DNA of 20,000 nt from an uncultured virus (IMG/VR IMGVR_UViG_3300023172_002538). Lineage: Duplodnaviria; Heunggongvirae; Uroviricota; Caudoviricetes. Below the pieces are notes generated by a model. The model did no database searches. It saw only the letters and a list, made by a program, of their open reading frames with translations, and was not told where the DNA came from. Below, piece by piece: positions 16,368-20,000 of this stretch. A program made the position numbers and the translations under genes. The stretch lies in IMG/VR virus record IMGVR_UViG_3300023172_002538. The stretch is one strand, 5' to 3'. Each line of letters starts with the position of its first letter. Within the stretch, counting starts at the first letter, position 1.

Positions 16368-16967
16368 ATGAGCATGTATGACGAAATCGAATATAAGACC
16401 TATCTGCTGAAGCACGAGAAAAAGCAGAATCGTGGTGCGAAGCGTTCTCAGGACAGTGAGCGCCTGAAGACCTACCGCGCTGAGTGGGCATTTCTGAGTC
16501 AGTATGACGCACCTGAATTCAAAGACTTGGCTGAGGCTCAAAAGTACGCCAAGAAAATCTACAAGTCTAAGACTTGGCAAAAGCTGTGGTCAGAAGGCAT
16601 CAACAAAGATGTGACTCGCATGTTTGCTTCTAATCCCGGAATCGTTGCAAAGCAACGGTCGTCTGGTCGAGGGACTGCTGGTCACACTAACGGATACACC
16701 GTAACCCTGGACCTGAAAGTCGGTCTCAACGTCTACACTCTGCTTCACGAGTTAGCCCACTGTCTGGGTCATATGCACCACGGTCGTTCGTTCCGTCAGT
16801 GCCTGCTGAAGCTAGTGTCCCGATTCATGGGTCGTGAGGCGGCTTCTATTCTGAAAGCAGAATTCAAGAAGGCTAAATTAGCATGTGGCGAACCACGTAA
16901 GCCACTCACGTTTGAACAATGGAAAGCGGCTCGTGACCGCATGAGCAAAATGCGGGAGCAATTATGA
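16368..16967 (+). CDS. SprT/M48-like zinc metallopeptidase
   Basis: LLHELAH..GHMHHGRSF (HExxH...H); SD GAGGAG. Confidence 0.8.
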   Translation: MSMYDEIEYKTYLLKHEKKQNRGAKRSQDSERLKTYRAEWAFLSQYDAPEFKDLAEAQKYAKKIYKSKTWQKLWSEGINKDVTRMFASNPGIVAKQRSSGRGTAGHTNGYTVTLDLKVGLNVYTLLHELAHCLGHMHHGRSFRQCLLKLVSRFMGREAASILKAEFKKAKLACGEPRKPLTFEQWKAARDRMSKMREQL

Positions 16968-17266
16968 CACCACCCAAAGGAAAAGGCGATCCGATGGTTC
17001 GTGCAGAAGGACGCACAAAGCCAGATCGCAACTGGTATCCTGATAACTTCGATTGGTATCTCAAGTGGGTAGCATCGATTCTAATTTTGATTTCACTTGC
17101 AATGCGATCCGCAGGTGTCGAGTATCGAATCTATGATCTTGCTTTCGGCTTCGTCGGCATTCTGTTGTGGACATGGGTGTCGATTATCTGGCGTGATCGA
17201 GCGTTGATCATGCTGAATGCAATATCTGGTTTCATGTTAGCGGTAACGCTTTTGAGGGAAATGTAA
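16964..17266 (+). CDS. Three-TM membrane protein
   Basis: Three hydrophobic segments after WYLKW; ATGA and TAATG overlaps. Confidence 0.75.
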   Translation: MTPPKGKGDPMVRAEGRTKPDRNWYPDNFDWYLKWVASILILISLAMRSAGVEYRIYDLAFGFVGILLWTWVSIIWRDRALIMLNAISGFMLAVTLLREM

Positions 17267-18627
17267 TGTACAAGTATTACAAGCAACAAATGACTATTCG
17301 TGATTTTCTCGAGGAGTATTATCGTAACATCGACGTTCAGCCCGTGGGTCAACGTCTTGATACCGAACTGACGCTTGAGAGCGGTAGTCGCGAAACGAAA
17401 GCCCAAGGAATCATTGGCTCGATACTGCGAGGCATTGATCTCGGTCAGATCACCCTGCACGAAGTCTGGCGCGATGACTTTAAGTACGAGAGCATCGATG
17501 GTGGTCATCGTAAGCGTTATATCAAGGCTTTTTATAATGACGAGTTTCGTGTGGATGGCAAGTTCTATCGTGACTTGACTCAAGAAGAGAAAAAAATGTT
17601 TCTGAACACGGAGCTTACTTTCTGCATTTACACGAGTCTGAAAGTGTGGGACATTGGCTATATCTTCCGTTCGCTCAATAAGACGACCGACGTGAACCAT
17701 CAAGAGATGCTTAACTCGTACGGCAACATTCCGATTGCGAATGCGATTCGTGAGATGGTGCGTCCAGTTGCTCGTGTCAACAATAAGTATCACAGCCTCT
17801 TTGAGTACACGCAACGTGAGGGCAAGCCTCGCAACTTTATCAACTTGCAGTTCGACAACAAGCGGCTTCGAATCGATGAGATTGTAGCCCGCATCTACTA
17901 TCGCTACTATGATGGTGGTGGTCTGGGACGGTCTGACGATCTAGCCCTTGAAGAAATGTACGAGTCAAATCTGAGTCAAGAAGAAGTTAAGAAGTTGACT
18001 GCTAAGGTCACCAAGTGTCTTAACTTTCTTGAAGACATGGCTGTTATCCGAAAGCGTTATAACACCTCAGCACTCAGTGGGAAAGAGTTTTCACTCTTCA
18101 CTCGTATTTGGATGTACATGGAGCAAGAGTATGGCACGTTCAAAATCAATGACAATGAGCAGTTCTATCTGACAGTTGCTCAACAAGCCGCTGAGTTCTT
18201 CAAGCCCTATGACAGTCAAGAGCCAGCACTGCAAGAAGCCTCGCCGTTTGATGCAAATAAAACTAGAGGTCAGCAGTTCAATGATTCTCTCGGCGAGCAT
18301 GGCAAGTCACAGCGAAATCGTGAAGCAATCTTCACCACGTTGATGTGGTTAATCGAGCGAATCGATATGACCTCGCTTGTCACTCTGAAAGATCCGAAGC
18401 GACTCTTTCCTCGCGAGTGGCGTGAGGCTCGACTTGCTGAACAAGGCTTCAAGTGTGCAGTTGACGGTAAGCCTCTGACTATGGAGAATGCTCAAGGCGG
18501 GCACATCATCTCTCATGCCAATGGCGGTCTTACGACCTATGATAATCTGGCGATGATTAGCACCGAGCATAATCGCAAGATGGGATCGATGTCGCTTGAG
18601 AAGTATAAGGAACTGCTTGCGATATAG
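17266..18627 (+). CDS. GmrSD-like protein: N-terminal DUF262 (ParB/Srx-fold) plus C-terminal HNH nuclease
   Basis: QPVGQR, SIDGGHR and FRSLN correspond to DUF262 QR / DGQQR / FxxxN; C-terminal GHIISHANGGLTTYDNL...HN. Confidence 0.8.
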   Translation: MYKYYKQQMTIRDFLEEYYRNIDVQPVGQRLDTELTLESGSRETKAQGIIGSILRGIDLGQITLHEVWRDDFKYESIDGGHRKRYIKAFYNDEFRVDGKFYRDLTQEEKKMFLNTELTFCIYTSLKVWDIGYIFRSLNKTTDVNHQEMLNSYGNIPIANAIREMVRPVARVNNKYHSLFEYTQREGKPRNFINLQFDNKRLRIDEIVARIYYRYYDGGGLGRSDDLALEEMYESNLSQEEVKKLTAKVTKCLNFLEDMAVIRKRYNTSALSGKEFSLFTRIWMYMEQEYGTFKINDNEQFYLTVAQQAAEFFKPYDSQEPALQEASPFDANKTRGQQFNDSLGEHGKSQRNREAIFTTLMWLIERIDMTSLVTLKDPKRLFPREWREARLAEQGFKCAVDGKPLTMENAQGGHIISHANGGLTTYDNLAMISTEHNRKMGSMSLEKYKELLAI

Positions 18628-18709
18628 CAAAATGTTCTAAAAAAGAGTTGCATTTGTTTTGAAAATATCGTATACTACTTAAGTAGTTTGAGATTAATCC
18701 TCTAGGAGA
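18623..18709 (+). promoter_or_regulatory. Early promoter cassette 3
   Basis: Box TATAGCAAAATGTTCTAA 18623-18640; TTGCAT 18648-18653, 17 bp, TATACT 18671-18676; leader GTAGTTTGAGA; SD AGGAG. Confidence 0.8.
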
Positions 18710-18715
18710 TACATT

Positions 18716-19654
18716 ATGGCACATATGGTAGAAACAATGGCTTACGCGGGCGAAGTGCCCTGGCACGGACTCGGCGTAGCAGTTCCCGCAGACTTGTCGC
18801 CCCGTCAGATGATGGAGAAAGCAGGCTGTGACTGGCAAGTTCGCAAAGAGGTCATGACGACCGCCAGCGGCGTTCAAGTCGAAAGCAAGCAAGCCTTGGT
18901 TCGCTCAAGTGACAACTCGATCCTTGACGTGGTTGGTGACAACTGGGAGCCTGTGCAGAACATTGAAGCGTTTGACTTCTTCAATGAGTACTGTGCGGCT
19001 GGTGACATGCAGATGCACACTGCTGGCTCGCTCGCTGACGGCAAGATTGTCTGGGCTCTAGCGAAAGTCAACGAGTCGTTTGACGTGTTGGGTGACGACC
19101 AGGTCGATTCGTACCTGCTGTTCTCTAACCCACATCAATACGGCAAGTCGCTGAACGTGCGGTTCACTCCCATCCGTGTGGTGTGCAACAACACGTTGAC
19201 TCTCTCGCTCAGCCAGACGGCTAAGAATGAGGTCGTTCTGAATCACCGTCGAGCGTTCAATCCTGACATGGTGAAAGAGCAACTGGGTATCGCCCACGAG
19301 AAGTTCGCTCAGTACAAGGAGATGGCTCAGTTCTTGGCCAAGAAGACTGCGAAGCTTGAGGACGTTGTTATCTACCTCAACGAAGTCTTCCCTGTCGCCA
19401 ACTCTAAGGGTCGGGCTGTCGATTCGTACGCTGATCTGAGCCGCACTGCGAAGCAAGCCTTCGACGTGCTTGAGACTCAGCCCGGTGCTGACATGGCGAT
19501 GGGTACCTGGTGGAACGCCGTGAATGCGGTCACCTACCTCACTGACCACAAGCTGGGTCGATCTGCTGACACTCGTATGCAGTCCGCTTGGTTCGGGTCA
19601 AATCAGGCTAAGAAGGTCAAAGCAATGAACCTAGCCGTCGAAATGGCGGCATAA
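18716..19654 (+). CDS. DUF932/DUF945 family (phage/plasmid-like TIGR03299-type) protein
   Basis: PWHGLG, VQN.EAF.F, TAGSL..G..VW, TPIRVVCNNTL, GTWW.A.NAVT...DH. Confidence 0.9.
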   Translation: MAHMVETMAYAGEVPWHGLGVAVPADLSPRQMMEKAGCDWQVRKEVMTTASGVQVESKQALVRSSDNSILDVVGDNWEPVQNIEAFDFFNEYCAAGDMQMHTAGSLADGKIVWALAKVNESFDVLGDDQVDSYLLFSNPHQYGKSLNVRFTPIRVVCNNTLTLSLSQTAKNEVVLNHRRAFNPDMVKEQLGIAHEKFAQYKEMAQFLAKKTAKLEDVVIYLNEVFPVANSKGRAVDSYADLSRTAKQAFDVLETQPGADMAMGTWWNAVNAVTYLTDHKLGRSADTRMQSAWFGSNQAKKVKAMNLAVEMAA

Positions 19655-19664
19655 GGTCCGCTCT

Positions 19665-19712
19665 GGGGAGGCTCGCGGTCATGGGAAGACGTGATCGGCC
19701 TCCCCCTTTTTT
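19665..19712 (+). terminator. Rho-independent terminator with extended stem
   Basis: GGGGAGGC 19665-19672 pairs with GCCTCCCC 19698-19705, followed by a T6 run. Confidence 0.75.
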
Positions 19713-19732
19713 ATGCTTTTTCGTTATGTTCT

Positions 19733-19820
19733 TATAACAAAATAGTCTAAAAAACCTCAAAAAAGTGTTGACGATGTTCCGAAATCATGAGACAATTACC
19801 CCGTAATTGAGAGAGGAGAG
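19733..19820 (+). promoter_or_regulatory. Early promoter cassette 4
   Basis: Box TATAACAAAATAGTCTAA 19733-19750; TTGACG 19768-19773, 17 bp, TG-a-GACAAT 19791-19796; leader GTAATTGAGAGAGGAG. Confidence 0.85.
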
Positions 19821-19825
19821 TTGTG

Positions 19826-20000
19826 ATGTCAGAAGTCTTTACTTTGCCCCCCATGAGCGAGCGTCCTATCTGCTCGGTCCCTGGTTGTGGTCGTACTGCT
19901 CAACCGTCAGGTAAGCGAGGCGAGATTCGCTGGCGGCGTCCCAAGTGGATGAAAGAACAGTTTCCTGAGTCTGAGGGCTATGCTTGTAACAAGCACCACT
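19826..20000 (+). CDS. Partial ORF with Cys/His zinc-binding N-terminus (possibly HNH-type); truncated by window end
   Basis: MSEVFTLPPMSERPICSVPGCG...YACNKHH; strong SD and promoter upstream. Confidence 0.65.
   Translation, partial: MSEVFTLPPMSERPICSVPGCGRTAQPSGKRGEIRWRRPKWMKEQFPESEGYACNKHH

Noticed and set aside
17131..17814. 227-aa minus-strand ORF (also 15851-16375, 16146-16580, 19058-19549 and other minus-strand ORFs)
   Set aside because: Antisense shadows of well-supported + strand genes; no recognisable motifs.
8183..19750. Repeated 18-bp boxes as a CRISPR array or att sites
   Set aside because: Copies are degenerate, kilobases apart and always tied to promoters; no spacers, cas genes or integrase.
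1..20000. T4 late promoters (TATAAATA), tRNAs, introns/inteins in gp43, uvsX or gp41
   Set aside because: None recognised by eye; UvsX and gp41 have normal lengths. A tRNAscan-SE/Infernal run would be needed to exclude RNAs fully.

Overview
A 20 kb segment of a T4-like (myovirus-type) dsDNA phage genome. All credible genes lie on the + strand, densely packed and mostly translationally coupled. Left part (1-5870): core replication/recombination module with the gp43 polymerase C-terminus, UvsX, a gp40-like protein and the gp41 helicase. Three atypical genes sit between gp43 and uvsX: a SAM methyltransferase, an AEP-type primase-like protein and an apparently catalytically dead UDP-sugar dehydrogenase paralog. 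The rest is an accessory region of small ORFs and auxiliary genes: peroxiredoxin, WYL-like protein, lipoprotein, intact short UDP-glucose dehydrogenase, cupin, dCMP deaminase, TagD-like cytidylyltransferase, two HExxH metallopeptidases, secreted thermonuclease, GmrSD-like DUF262-HNH protein and DUF932 protein. The clearest non-coding signal is a repeated sigma70-type promoter cassette carrying a helically phased 18-bp upstream box and a conserved +1 leader. Two promoters have IHF-consensus sites upstream, and two predict leaderless mRNAs. A 22-bp RBS-sequestering hairpin gates a three-gene protease / membrane protein / GmrSD-like unit. No tRNA, rRNA or CRISPR array was recognised. All calls are from motif reading by eye; no database searches were run.
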